A stretch of DNA of 64,000 nt from Squalus acanthias (GCA_030390025.1 CM059431.1:106270001-106334000), one strand, 5' to 3'. Shown: positions 12,409-24,869, counted from the stretch's first letter. Notes: generated from the letters alone by a model not told the origin. Translations and numbers: made by a program.

Positions 12409-13497
12409 CTCCACCCCTGCCTCAGCTCATCTGCTGCTGAAACGCTCATCCATGCCTTTGTTCCCTTTACACTTGACTATTCCAAGCACTCCTGGCTGGC
12501 CTCCCACATTCTACCCTACGTAAACTTGAGGTCATCCAAAACTCTGCTGCCCGTGTCCTAACTCACACCAAGTCCCGTTCACCCATCACCCCTGTGCTTG
12601 CTGACCTACATTGGTTCCTGGTTAAGCAACGCCTTGATTTTAAAATTCTCATTCTTGTTTTCAAATCCCTCCATGGCCTCGCCCCTCCCTATCTCTGTAA
12701 CCTCCTCCAGCCCTACAACTTCCCCGAGATCTCTGCGCTCCTCCAATTCTGGCCTCTTGCGCATCCCTGATTATAATCGCTCAACCATTGGTGGCGGTGC
12801 CTTCAACTGCCAAGGCCCAAAGCTCTGGAATTCCCTCCCTAAACCCCTCCACCGCTCTACCTCTCTCTCCTCCTTTAAGATGCTCCTTAAAACCAAGTGT
12901 CAGCTGTGGCTCAGTTGGTAGCTCGCTCGCCTCTGAGTCAGAAGGTTGTGGGTTCACAGTCCCACTCCAGGGACTCGAGCACATAAAGCTAGGCTGACAC
13001 TCCAGTGCAGTACTGAGGGAGTGCTGCACTGTCGGAGGTGCTGTCTTTCAGATGAGACGTTAAACCGAGGCCCCGTCTGCTCTCTCGGGTGGATGTAAAA
13101 GATCCCATGGCACTATTTCGAAGAAGAGTAGGGGGAGTTCTCCCCGGTGTCCTGGCCAATATTTCTCCCTCAACCAACATAACAAAAACAGATTATCTGG
13201 TCATTTTCACATTGCTGTTTGTGGGAGCTTGCTGTGTGTAAATTGGCTGCCACATTTCCCACATTACAATAGTGACTCCACTTCAAAAGTACTTAATTGG
13301 CTGTGAAGCGCTTTGAGACGTCCGGTGGTCATGAAAGGCGCTATATAAATGCAAGTCTTTCTTTTACCTCTGTGACCAAGCTTGGTCACCTGTCCTAATA
13401 TCTCCTTCTGTGGCTCGGTGTCAAATTTTGTTTCATAACGCTCATGTGAAGCGCCTTGGGGCTTTTTATTACGTTAAAGGCGCTATATAAATGCAAG
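12409..13497 (+). mobile_element. L2 LINE 3' fragment interrupted by a Deu SINE
   Basis: Frameshifted L2 C-terminal motifs (AETLIHAFV, IQNSAARVLT, PITPVLADLHW); resumes at about 13366; tail GCGCTATATAAATGCAAG. Confidence 0.85.
12897..13365 (+). mobile_element. Deu-domain tRNA SINE, full length, nested in L2
   Basis: A box TGGCTCAGTTGG, B-box-like GGTTCACAGTCCC, Deu core, tail. Confidence 0.88.
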
Positions 13498-14270
13498 GTG
13501 AAAGTGATCAATTTGAGATGTTAGGATATTGGGGGAATTATATCAGGAAATGAATAGCTTCTTGTTTTAACTTTCTCTTCTCTGGGGAAAAGCTCTTGCA
13601 TTACATCATGTTCTTTTTTTTTTTAAAGGGTTTATTTACTCACAGAATATTTCCAGACAAGATCGCAGTGGTTTCTCTTCTAGTCACGGATGCCTGTTGT
13701 TTCTGTGTATTCACTATAGAAATGGGCTGGCAAAATTTGCTGATCAGCCGCACTTGCTTCTCATCACTGCAGAAACTCAGCACATTGAGCTCAACATGAG
13801 CTGCAGCTGATGGCACTTGTTGATAGGATTGCAAGCTTGCTGTCAGTGTCCTGCTGCTCGTCAAGAGTCAGTTATTCACTCTAGCATTTCTCTGCCTCTT
13901 TGCTGAGTTGCTGTCATTTCATGCATCTCAGCGTCAAGCAATAGGGTGATGGCTTCAGGTTACCAGTGTTGTTTATGCAACAGAAGTGTTGAACAATATG
14001 TAAGGTGTCATATAGTATTTCAAGCTCCTACTCCGCCCTGTTATGTACACAAACAGATCAAAGTTTCACTGGCACCTTTGACGCAACTGAAGAAGCTACA
14101 TTTGAGGAAGAAAAATCTATTTTTTTTCCACAATATTTTTGATATTCAGGTTTTTTTTGCTTCATAGGACACATATCCTCCCACCAAGGCAGCAGGATAA
14201 ATCAGTCATAACAACAGAAAAAGCTGGAAAAACTCATCAGGCCAGGCAGCATCCGTGGAGAGAGAAACAG

Positions 14271-14307
14271 AGTTAACGTTTCAGGTCGAAGACCTTTCGT
14301 CAGAACT
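14271..14307 (-). ncRNA. Minimal hammerhead ribozyme motif
   Basis: Exact reverse complement of 14478-14514. Confidence 0.75.
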
Positions 14308-14477
14308 GGAAAAAGGCAGGAAATGAAATAGATTTTAAAGCAAGTATAAAGCTGGGAAAAGGGGGAGGGGATGAAAGGACAAAAGGAGAGATTAAGACCT
14401 TTTGTTCTTTCATCCCCTCCCCCATTTCCCCAGCCTTATACCTGCTTTAAAATCTATTTCATTTCCTGCCTTTTTCC

Positions 14478-14514
14478 AGTTCTGACGAAAGGTCTTCGAC
14501 CTGAAACGTTAACT
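14478..14514 (+). ncRNA. Minimal hammerhead ribozyme motif
   Basis: AGUU-CUGACGA-A-AGGUC uuc GACCU-GAAA-CG-UU-AACU; GUU triplet; palindromic ACGU in place of stem III. Confidence 0.75.
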
Positions 14515-14725
14515 CTGTTTCTCTCTCCACGGATGCTGCCTGGCCTGATGAGTTTTTCCAGCGTTTTCTGTTGTTATTTCGGATTTCCAGCATCCGCAGT
14601 ATTTTGCTAGGATAAATCAGTCAGCTGACTTCTCCACAGTCACAGCCAGTGCTACCTCTTGACCGGTTGATAGCAGTTACAAATCAAACAGGGCAGGGCA
14701 GTAGAATTCCATGTTTTCCTCACGG

Positions 14726-15170
14726 GTGTCAGCTGTGGCTCAGTGGGCCAATGTTTATCCACTCTTGTCTCTCAATAAGAAGCTCATTGGTTCACAGTCC
14801 CACTCCAGAGACTTGAGCACAAAATCTAGGCTGACATTCCCAGTGCAGTGCTGAGGGAGTGCCGCACTGTCGGAGGTGCCGTCTTTCAGACGTAGACGTT
14901 AAACCGAGGCCCCGTCTGTCCTCTCAGGTGGATGTAAATGATCCCGTGGCACTATTTGGAAGAAGAGCAGGGGGAGTTCTCCCCAGTGTCCTGGGGCCAA
15001 TATTTATCCCTCAACCAACATCTGTTTGTGCAGCCCTGCTGTGTGCAAATTGGCAGCCGTGTTTCCTACATTACGACAGTGACTACACTTCAAAAAGTAC
15101 TTCATTGGCTGTAAAGCGCTTTGGGACGTCCTGAGGTTGTGAAAGGCGCTATAGAAATGCAAGTCTTTCT
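14726..15170 (+). mobile_element. Deu-domain tRNA SINE
   Basis: Same head, core and tail as 12897, with a small internal deletion. Confidence 0.85.
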
Positions 15171-15822
15171 TTTTTTCTCAAGACATAAATATCATGATTT
15201 TGCATGCCCCTCTGTCTATCGAGTAAATACCCACAGACAACAGCTTGATTGAAGTGACAGGCTTGAATTCACAACCTTCTGGTATTCCCATTGATTTGGG
15301 TTCCTCCATGTAATCCTGTATTCATCCATTTTAGCTGGAGCGGGGGTGGGGTGGGGTGGCGAGACAGGTGGTGGGGACCCACTTGAAGAGTATCTGCTTT
15401 TTAACTTTCCTTTCCCTGTCACCAGTATCATTAGAGACTGAGCAGAAAAATAAACAGCTGTTTTCTTTCTTCGGCCTGTGCTGAATATCTGCCTCACACT
15501 CCAAATGTTTCCTACGATAGACTGAACTAATGGGCTGGTCTCACTACAAACGCGTCTGTGCCAACAAATACACAAAACTGCTGCACATCCTGGTGAACCC
15601 AGGTGCACGGTTTATGGCACAGAGCTGCTTTCGGCCACCGTTGCGGTTTATAATGTGGGCAATCTCATCAGCAAGAGCAAGAGAGTGGCAGCCATTGCCA
15701 GTCCAACTGCTTCTAGCTCTCCTGCTCCTCTCTGTACTGGTGGGCTTGCCAGCACTTAATGCACTGGCGCATCCTCTGTAAGTGCTCCGAGGTTTTGGAG
15801 TCAGTGGTGTGGGAGAAACAAG

Positions 15823-16442
15823 GGGGGTAATTTTAACATGAAAAAAACAGGTGGGGTTGGAGGAATTTAAAGTTGTATAAATCTAAAACCCGACCCCCAG
15901 CCCGCCTCCAACCCACCCACTTTCACCTTTTACTCAGGCGGGACAGTGGGGGTGGGTGTAGGCAGCCAACCGATTGCCAGGAAACGGGTTGTCATTTAAA
16001 ATATGATAACAAGGCCTAGAGCCTCAGCTTCAGCCTGCTGTGCAGGTTTAACTGCAGCTGATCAGGGATCCCGGGCCTCGGGAGTCCCGGTAGCTGCAGC
16101 GAGGCGGGCACAGCCTCAGGGAGCAATCCTTGTAGGCCGAGAGGAGCAGGAGTGCTTCCTCCGGGCCTCCCCCAAGCTCACCCACCAGCAGTCCCCTGGG
16201 GATCGATCTCCCCACCCCCAGGCTTGGAACCGCCCCCCCGCCCACCGGACCCAGAACCTACCTTGTCCTGCGGTTTCCCTGGTCAGTGTTCCTCGCCCGA
16301 CTGGAAGCCAGGCTGGCTTCCATGGTCACATGCATGCTGTGGAAACTCTGGGTTTCCCATGGTCTACCGCCACCCCCACCGCCCCCCCCCCCCCACCAAA
16401 CCACTCCGCTCCGGGCAGGTGGGGAACGACAAAATCCAGCCC
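15823..16442. mobile_element. Non-autonomous TIR DNA transposon (PIF/Harbinger-like)
   Basis: GGGGGTAATTTT...AAAATCCAGCCC imperfect TIRs, 3-bp duplication AAG, GC-rich interior. Confidence 0.55.
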
Positions 16443-16459
16443 AAGGTATTTACAGCATG

Positions 16460-16918
16460 TAAACATAAGAACATAAGAAATAGGAGCAGGAGTAGGCCAT
16501 TTGGCCCTTCGAGCCTGTTCTGCCATTCAATAAGATCATGGCTGATCTTCTACCTCAACTCCACTTTCCTGAACTATCCCCATATCCCTTGATTCCCTTA
16601 TTATTCAAAAATCTATCGATCTCTGTCTTGAATATACTCAACGACTGAGCCTCCACAGCCCTCTGGGGTAGAGAATTCCAAAGATTCACCACCCTCTGAG
16701 TGAAGAAATTCCTCCTCATCTCAGTCCTAAATGCCCGACCCCTTATTCTGAGACTGTGACCCCTGGTTTTAGACTCCCCAGCCAGGGGAAACATCCTCCC
16801 TCCATCTACCCTGTCAAGCCCTGTAAGAATTTTGTATGTTTCAATGAGATCACCTCTCATTCTTCTAAACTCTAAAGAATATAGAGCGAGTCTACTTAAT
16901 CTCTCCTCATCGGACAAG
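16460..16918 (-). mobile_element. CR1 LINE 3' fragment
   Basis: ORF 16555-16917 EERLSRL...RRMRGDLIETYKIL...WNSLP; (AACATAAG)n tail. Confidence 0.9.
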
Positions 16919-18207
16919 CACTTTAGGAAGTCCTTAGGTTGTTAAAGGCACCATAGACATGCAAGTCTTTCTTTCCTGTTTCATCACTTAACAGTGGCAG
17001 TTCTTACCTGTACTCCTTATAGCAGTAACCTCTGTAACATCAGCGTGAAGTGACTCTATTTTTAGAGGATTCTACATTGATGCTTTGTTTGGTGGAGTAC
17101 TTGCCTAGTTAATTTGATGGCGGGTCATGTTAGACTGACATAAATGAATGTGACAACCTTAAAGGGATAGGGTCACTGCCGAGATCTGGCTTAGAGTCCA
17201 GAGGTGGTGGTGTATCAGAAATGCTAGCAAGCACTTCTGCCAGATTTTTCAATAACAGTTCAAGAGATGTAAATAATTACAGAAGAAGCTGTGCTGATCT
17301 GTTTTGACACTGCAAAAGCGTGTTGTGATAATAATAGTATTCTAAATAATCAAAGATACAACTTCCCGTGCATAATCCAGAGACAGATTTATAATGGAAA
17401 CATCACTTTTTATTTGGTGTTATTATTACTGCCGCCAGTTTTAATCAGTTTGGAGTTAAGGAAGACTGACAAGGAGGCCTCAGCGGAATCAGCTATGCTT
17501 TAGCAGATGAGCTAGCTGCGTTTCAACAGATGCTGGGAAAATGAGCTTTTTGCAAGATCCCGCCTTCATTTAGCAAAGCAAGGGCACTAATTCACTCCAG
17601 AGTGTTTCGGTGGCTGAGGGGCTCCGCTTCCTCTTTTTTTTTGCAGCGCAACACATGGCTCGCAAATCTGCCCTGAAAATTCTCCTGCCTTTTCCACCAG
17701 AATGACACTTCACCTGCTCACCACCACCACCACCACCACCCGATAGGACAAGCTGCCTTTGGGTAATTCGGCTAGTTTTTTTTTGTGCAGCTTTCGGATT
17801 TTTTTGACAACGCCATAATTATCAGGCGCTGCGATAAAATTCCCTCTGCTGCCAAAAGCTGAATCCAAAGTGCAAGCGTGAAGAAAGAGCCGCAGTACAT
17901 TGCTTACCTTTGATGCAGGAAGAGAGACCCACTGACCCAGTTTTACATCCACTGTGCACCGAAACCAGATATTACAGCACTCTACTTATTGCTATCTCGG
18001 TATCCAAATGGTGAGCATGTTTTTAAGTATAATTATCTGAATCTCTGCCATCTTGTGTAGCCTTCATAGACTGTCAATGAATACCTTCTTTGGGCTATTT
18101 TGAGATTGCTTTTCATTTGACAGATTCCGTGTGACATTCTTTGGGAAAAAAAAAATATAATATTGAATCTCATTGTTGGAAACAAACACACACATGCAAG
18201 GCAATTA

Positions 18208-18585
18208 TGGTCGAGCTCTTTAACATGATGAAGGGGTTCGATAGGGTAGACGTAGGAAAGATGTTTCCACTTGTGAGGGAGACCAAAACTAGAGGCCATC
18301 AATATAAGAGAGTCACTGATAAATCCAACAGGGAATTCAGAAGAAACTTCTTCACCCAGAGAGTGGTGAGAATGTGGAACTCGCTACCACAGGGAGTGGT
18401 TGGGGTGAATAGTATAGGTGCATTTAAGGGGAAGCTAGATAAGTGCAGGAGGGAGGAAGGAATAGAAGGATATGCTGATAGGGTGAGATGAAGAGGGGTG
18501 GGAGGAGGCTCGTGTGCAGCATAAACACCGGCACGGACCAGATGGGCCGAATGACCTGTTTCTGTGCTGTAAATTCCATGTAATC
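18208..18585 (+). mobile_element. CR1 LINE 3' fragment
   Basis: MFPLVRETKTRGHQY...FFTQRVVRMWNSLP. Confidence 0.85.
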
Positions 18586-19788
18586 TGAACTGAGGCAAAA
18601 ACAAAATCCTTATTTCCACACCTTACCCGTCTGCCTGGAGTGTAAGTTTATTGTTTTTTGTGCCACTGTGAAGTTTAGAGTAATAATCTGGTTTGCTCTA
18701 CTCTAGTGAATAAAATCAGTTAGAATGTCATCGGGAGCAGTAATTGAAGAAATCCCAGGGAAGCTTTTATAGCAGAGTAAATGGGCGCGTGTAATCTGCA
18801 GTAAGGGGTGCAGAAAGGACACTGTACATCCTCGGAGATAATTGCAACCACTTTACTACAATCTGCCTGTATAAGAACTGATCTGAGACATAAAAATTAG
18901 TTTGAAATCCAAATCAACCTTGACTCTATAGGTAGACAGTAAGTACTGCCAAGGCGCAGCTACGCTGCATTAAACAGACTGCGCTCCGCACGGGCAACTG
19001 GTGCGATGCTTTACTTCAGATTCAGGTCCGTTCGTGCACGTCACCTTTCAATGTAGCGGGAGACTCCAACTTTAATGTGGAAAGCAATTGGAAACATGCC
19101 TCTCGGATGATTACACGCAACGTTAATAAAGTAACATCGAGACCACCAGCCGGCAGCAGAGCTACAGAATACTGGCTCCGAGGAGGCAAAGCTTTTCAAG
19201 CATATTATAATCTGCAATATAGTTTAAAAAAAAATAATGTTGACTAAGCTCACTTTGCATTCCCTGTGGTTCGATATTCAAATCCCGAGATTGTCTAACT
19301 GTCCAATTTGCCAGACAGGATTGAGCTGAGTTTCATCACCACCTCCAGACTGAGCTGCTGCACACAACACCTCACAGAGCAGAGCATTCGACCTCAGGGA
19401 TATCGGCATGGCAAGTCATTGAGTTAACAATCCGCTCTCTCAAGAATGAACGGAGATCTCAAATTTATAGGCATCGCAAATAATTCAGTCAACAGGTCAA
19501 TTTCCTGTGGATAGGCGGGGTGCGGGGGAATGCGCCGATCTTGAAACTCTAAAGCAAAATGATGAACAAGTGAAGATGATCAAGAAGTTTGGAGATCACA
19601 TCAGCAACTTGTAGAGACTGAGATCCCTGCCTTGTAGGCAATGATGGCTTGTGACTTTGTACAAAGAGCTGAGACTTGAGCTCGGTAATGTCATTTACTG
19701 TAAATAAAATGTTCAAATTTAAAAAAAAAATAAAACTTAACAAATTCAAAAAAAAAAGCAAAATAAGTTAACATTCTCTTGTGAGTGA

Positions 19789-20080
19789 GACACCTGGGAA
19801 TCTCTGGCCCAAGACTGCACAAAGTGGAGGAGAAGCATCCGGGAAGGCGCTAAACACCTCGAGTCTCTTCGCCGGGAGCAAGCGGAAGCCAAGCACAGGC
19901 AGCGCAAGGAGCGCACGTCAACCCAAGCACCCCACCCACCCGCCCCTTCAACCACCGTCTGCCCCACCTGTGACAGAGACTGTAGGTCCCGCATTGGACT
20001 CATCAGTCACCTGCGAACTCATTGTTAATGTGGAAGCAAGTCATCCTCGGTTCCGAGGGACTGCCTAAGAAGAAGAGGAA
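19789..20080 (+). mobile_element. RTE-clade LINE 3' end
   Basis: A frame absent from the ORF track reads DTWESLAQDCTKWRRSIREG...VCPTCDRDCRSRIGLISHLRTHC* (C2H2 finger); short UTR and (AAG)n tail. Confidence 0.8.
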
Positions 20081-20696
20081 GCAAAGCGTTGTTGAGCTCA
20101 TAGCCCAATCTCCTGCCCTCCCGGCTGAAATAATCCCAGTGTTGTTAATCATTGAGGCGTTCGCAGCCTGCTCTCATGGGTGAAGGTAGTGCAGAAGTAT
20201 CTTGCTAGTGGATACCATAGCCATTCTGATACCTTCTAAGTAATGGAGTGTCAGTGCAGTTTGGACTTCATAATTGTCATCTTTAGTAGAATAAACAGTG
20301 CTGTCTGCTGATGCCTGTGTGTACACCATTTACCTTGTTTCCCCAAAGTGCTCCCTGTACGTTTTGAAAATGATAACAACTTTGGCTAATATCTTAGCAA
20401 TCTTGCTTGGGTTGAGGTGAGACCCCTGGATACCAGCAGTGGAAGTTCCTAAGCTCTCTTCTCTCTCATCCAAAAACAGTTTGGCATTAGAAACTGTTAG
20501 GAAGTTCAAAAAATTCTCTTCCATTCTCTGTGCCAAAAGAGTGGCAAAAAACACAATTAAGAACTCGGGTTCTTAATACTGGTTGGTCAATACTGGTTCT
20601 TAAGAGTTCTTTTTCTCTGACACTGTCTTAGTTCCTCCTTCAGTTTTTCACATATTTCTTTCTGCTCATTAGTTAGTTAAATGCACACTGCCATCT

Positions 20697-20990
20697 TGGG
20701 AACATAGGAACAGGAGGAGGCCATTCAGCCCCTCGAGCCTGTTCTGCCATTCATTCAGATCTTGGCTGATCTGTACCTTAACTCCATCTACCCGCCTTGG
20801 TTCCGTAACCCTTAATACCCTTGCCTCACAAAAATCTATCAATCTCAGTTTTGAAATTTTCAATTGACCCCCCAACCTCAACAGGTTTTTGGGAGAGAGA
20901 GTTCCAGATTTCCACTAGCCTTTGTACAAAGAAGTGCTTCCTGACATCACCCCTGAACGGCCTAGCTCTAATTTTAAGATTATGCCTCCC
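20697..20990 (-). mobile_element. CR1 LINE 3' fragment
   Basis: Same subfamily as 26303-26657; GGAACATAGGAACAGG tail. Confidence 0.85.
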
Positions 20991-21559
20991 TTATTCTTGT
21001 TAAAAGAACTGCTAAGTTGATGAACCATCTCTTAAAGGACAATCCCTTGACCCATTTTAGGAAGATTCTGAATTTGGCACAATATTGTGCACTAACAAAC
21101 CATTTCTACAATAAACTGATCTCCAAACAACAACTACAGTGGCTAAAATATGAATTATGTTTGGTATTTTTTTTGGAGAGCACAATGATTTTCACAAAGG
21201 CTATTGTTTTATTCCTCCCACTCCACTGCAATACCAATAGAATACGATAAACCAGCTTTGCTTTTTAACTGATATAATTGCTGGCTTTGTAAATTCCGCT
21301 GCTATGAAAATTCTTAAAGCCGCTCTAGCTTATAACTGTCACTTCTGCTTTTAAATCTTGCCTTTTAATTGGTTTCGCAATTACTCCTATGCTAACCAAA
21401 AGCCGCCGCGTTATTTGTGATGCTGTGCTCGTTCAGATATTCTATTTTATTTTAATATTGTTTTAGCAGTTTCTGGAACTCATTGTAAAAGGTGTTGGTG
21501 CAGCAAGAGAGCAATGCTGAGATCAATCAAAGAGCACTGTTTGACATTTGAAATACAGT

Positions 21560-22022
21560 AGGGAGAAATGGTTTGTGGATATAAGGGGAGAGAGGGAGAT
21601 AGTGGGGAGGAGAGAAGGAGGGGAAAAGAGAGATGAGGGAAAAGAGAGAGATGAGGGAGAGGGGGAAGAGGGAGGGGAGGGGGAGAGAGAGATGAGGGGA
21701 AAAGAGAGAGGTGAGGGAAAGAGAGGGAGGGGGAGAGAGAGATAGCGGGTGGAGGGGAAGGGAGAGATAGGGAGAGAGGGGAGGGTGAAGAGAGAGAGAT
21801 GGGGAGGAGAGGGGAGGGGAAGAGAGAGCGATGGGGAGAGAGAGATAGTGGGGGAGAGAGAGGGAGGAAGAGAGCTAGATGAGGGAGAGAGATTGGGTGG
21901 GGTGGGGGAAAGAGAGAGAGAGAGATGGGGCGAGGGATAGTGGGGGAGAGAGCGGGAGAGGGAGAGAGATATAATGGGCAGAGGGAGAAGAGAGAAAGAG
22001 GGAGAGGGAAAGAGAGAGAGAA
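21560..22022 (+). repeat. G/A-rich low-complexity tract
   Basis: Almost pure purine on the + strand, with degenerate GGGGAGAGAG units. Confidence 0.9.
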
Positions 22023-22599
22023 AGCCAAACTCACATCAAAATATGTTGTGGGTGGAAATAATTCTTTGTTTTGCCACTGTAAGTTGTCACACAACAATCA
22101 ACCAGTTAGATCACTCTATTCATCATCTTGATGGAACCTTATAATTGAGTGCATAGAAAAATTAGGCCTCATCTTCCTTGATACACTTCCTTTGTAGAGA
22201 TGTCACAATATCCCTAGTAACTATGCCAACTTCTTGATAGTTTGAATTCTTGGTGGGGGGGGAAATATCAGGGCCAGATTAAAATTAATGTTTTTTTTCT
22301 GCTTGAGAATAATATAAAAGAACCACAAGTGGAATATTCTCTTGATAAATATGGAGGGGAGGAACTCTAATCCATCAAGGTGAAAATGTAGGATAAGTTT
22401 TACTCTTAATAGATATTAGTGCTGTGTTATATAAGTGTAATCTGCTGTACAGGTCAGGAAGCAATGTTCATTATTTAGCCATACATATGATTAATACTAT
22501 GGGTTTGAAGAGGTCATTTGCAGTGAAACTGGATTCTTTTTAAAATTGTTGTTGCAATAATTTGCTCTCGAATTTTTGAACCCAGTTGTGGGTAGGATG

Positions 22600-22715
22600 T
22601 CTTTCCCGCATTGCAACAGTGACTCAACTCCAAAAGTACTTCATTGGCTGTAAAGTGCTTTGAGACGTCCGGTGGTTGTGAAAGGCGCTATAGAAATGTA
22701 AGTCTTTCTTTCTTT
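22600..22715 (+). mobile_element. Deu-type SINE 3' fragment
   Basis: Matches the SINE tail. Confidence 0.7.
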
Positions 22716-22818
22716 AAGGATGATGTGCCTTGTATCGCCTAGGCATCGCTAAACATTGGGAGTTATTCTGAGAGTTTTTGTTGATTTGAAGGAGTACTGA
22801 TAAAAAAAACTGAAACGT

Positions 22819-22964
22819 GGGAGCAATTTTAACCTAACCCCCCCGCCCGTCGGGAAACTCACGAGATCGGGTGTCATTGGCGAGTAATATTGGGCGGGCT
22901 GTAAAACCAGTGTGACTCCCAATCCCGTGGGTCTCCCGCCGGTGAGCCAGGTTAAAATGAACCC
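22819..22964. mobile_element. Small MITE (Harbinger-like)
   Basis: GGGAGCAATTTTAACCT ... AGGTTAAAATGAACCC imperfect TIRs; related ends near 9328 and 43508. Confidence 0.5.
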
Positions 22965-23034
22965 TACAGAGATTAAGATTTCAGCATATGCCGCTTAATC
23001 TGAGTTGCTGGGAATATGCGAACGTCAGTTGCTG

Positions 23035-23190
23035 GTCTGTGCCTCGGTAACTTAGCTCAGTTAGTGCAGCTGTAACAATGCACCCATAGGTTAGGGAAGA
23101 GGAAAATCAGCCAGGGTTTCCTGCCCCTGATCATTACTCATGCATGGACATCAGGTAAGGGCAGAATCAGGCTTGGCTTAAATATTGACC
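23035..23190 (+). mobile_element. Ancient tRNA-SINE fragment (UCON3/AmnSINE2-like)
   Basis: GGAAAATCAGCCAGGGTTTCCTGC motif shared with 61470 and, inverted, 60270. Confidence 0.55.
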
Positions 23191-23194
23191 GCTA

Positions 23195-23475
23195 CAACAA
23201 CAACAACTTGCATTTATATAGCACCTTTAGCATAGTAAAACATTCCAAGGCGCTTCACAGGAGTGATTATCAAACATAACTTGACACCAAGCCACATAAA
23301 GAGATATTAGGGCAGATGACCAAAAGCTTGGTCAAAGAGGTAGGTTTTGAGGAGCATCTTAAAGGAGGAGAGAGAGGTAGAGAGGCGGAGAGGCGGAGAG
23401 GTTTAGGGAGGGAATTCCATTGCTTCAGGCCTGGGCAGCTGAAGGCACGGCCACCAAAAGTGGAGCAATGGAAAA
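23195..23475 (-). mobile_element. L2 LINE 3' fragment
   Basis: (CAA)n tail then reverse complement of the L2 3' end seen at 45111-45543. Confidence 0.85.
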
Positions 23476-23847
23476 ACTGTCGATCCCTTCCCAGTCAATG
23501 AACTGACAGGGCCTGAATGTATCAAGCCTCCAAGAGAATTGCTAACTATAGACTGACAGTCCCATTGGGACATTCATGTTCCTGTGAAATTCTCCGCTTT
23601 GAAACCCTTTTTGTCTTCTGAATTTAAACTCTCCCTTATTCACTTTCAGTGTTGATTCTCGTCAAGAATCAGCAAATTATTTATTAGATCTGTCACTTTT
23701 CAAGCAGTCAAGATAGATTACCCATGGCTCCAGTAATCATAAAATCTTGCAGACTGAATTATAAGTTGCTGACCTGCTTGTAGTTTTTGTCTGAGGCAGC
23801 ACTGGGGAGATGGCAATGAGGATTGGAGCAGTAACTTATTGAAGAAC

Positions 23848-24410
23848 TACAACAACTTGCATTTATATAGTGTCTTTAATGTAGTAAAAGGTCCCAAGGA
23901 GCTTCACAGGAGCGATTATCAAACAAAATTTGACACCGAGCCACATAAGAAGATATTAGGACAGATGACCAAAAGCTTGGTCAAAGAGGTAGGTTTTAAG
24001 GAGCATCTTAAAGGAGGAGAGAGGTAGAGAGGTGGAGAGGTTTAGGGAGGGAATTCCAGAGCTTAGGGTCCAGGCAGCTGAAGGCACGGCCGCCAATGGT
24101 GGAGCGATTAAAATCGGGGATGCGCAGGAGGCCAGAATTGGAGGAGCGCAGAGATCTCGGGGAGGGGGGGGGGGTGGTTGTGGGGCTGCAGGAGGTTACA
24201 GAGAGAGGCAGGGGCGGGGCCATGGAGGGATTTGAAACCAAGGATGAGTATTTTAAAATCAAAGTATTGTCAGGAGTCAATGTAGGTCAGCGAGCAGAGA
24301 GGTGATGGGTAACAAGACTTGGTGCGAGGTAGGATAAGCGGAGCAGAGATTTGGATGTGCCCAAGTATACGGAGCATGCAAGGTGGGAGGCCTGCCAGGA
24401 GCGCATTAGA
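23848..24410 (-). mobile_element. L2 LINE 3' fragment
   Basis: ORF 24008-24280 RSLRSSNSGLLRIP...IGGRAFS...PKLWNSLP. Confidence 0.85.
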
Positions 24411-24412
24411 AT

Positions 24413-24869
24413 AGAAAGAAAGACTTGCATTTCTACAGCGCCTTTCACGACCACCAGACCTCTCAAAGTGCTTTACAGCCAATGAAGTACTTTTTGGAGT
24501 TGTAATGTAGGAAACGTGGCAGCCAATTTGCACACAGCAAGCTCCCACAAACAGCAATGTGATAATGACCAGATAATCTGTTTTTGATATGTTGATTGAG
24601 GGATAAATATTGGCCAGGACACCGGGGATAACTCCCCTGCTCTTCTTCGAAATAGCGCCATGGGATCTTATACATCACCTGAGAGAGCAGACGGGGCCTC
24701 GGTTTAACATCTCATCCGAAAGACGGCACCTTTGACAGGGCAGCACTCCCTCAGTACTGCACTGGAGTGTCAGCCTAGATTTTGTGCTCAAGTCTCTGGA
24801 GTGGGACTATGAATCCACAACCTTCTGACTCAGATGGGAGGGTGCTACCCACTGAGTCACAGCTGACAC
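24413..24869 (-). mobile_element. Deu-domain tRNA SINE, full length
   Basis: Reverse complement of the 12897 family. Confidence 0.88.

Larger units (their letters stand above)
14209..14608. mobile_element. Penelope-like fold-back insertion (family B), 400 bp
   Basis: Two ~180-bp inverted arms (about 14209-14386 and 14398-14577) plus a short extension; 15-bp TSD AGGATAAATCAGTCA (14194-14208, 14609-14623); one hammerhead per arm. Confidence 0.8.

Noticed and set aside
21480..22131. P/L/S-rich and G/E/R-rich ORFs
   Set aside because: Artefacts of the low-complexity purine tract.
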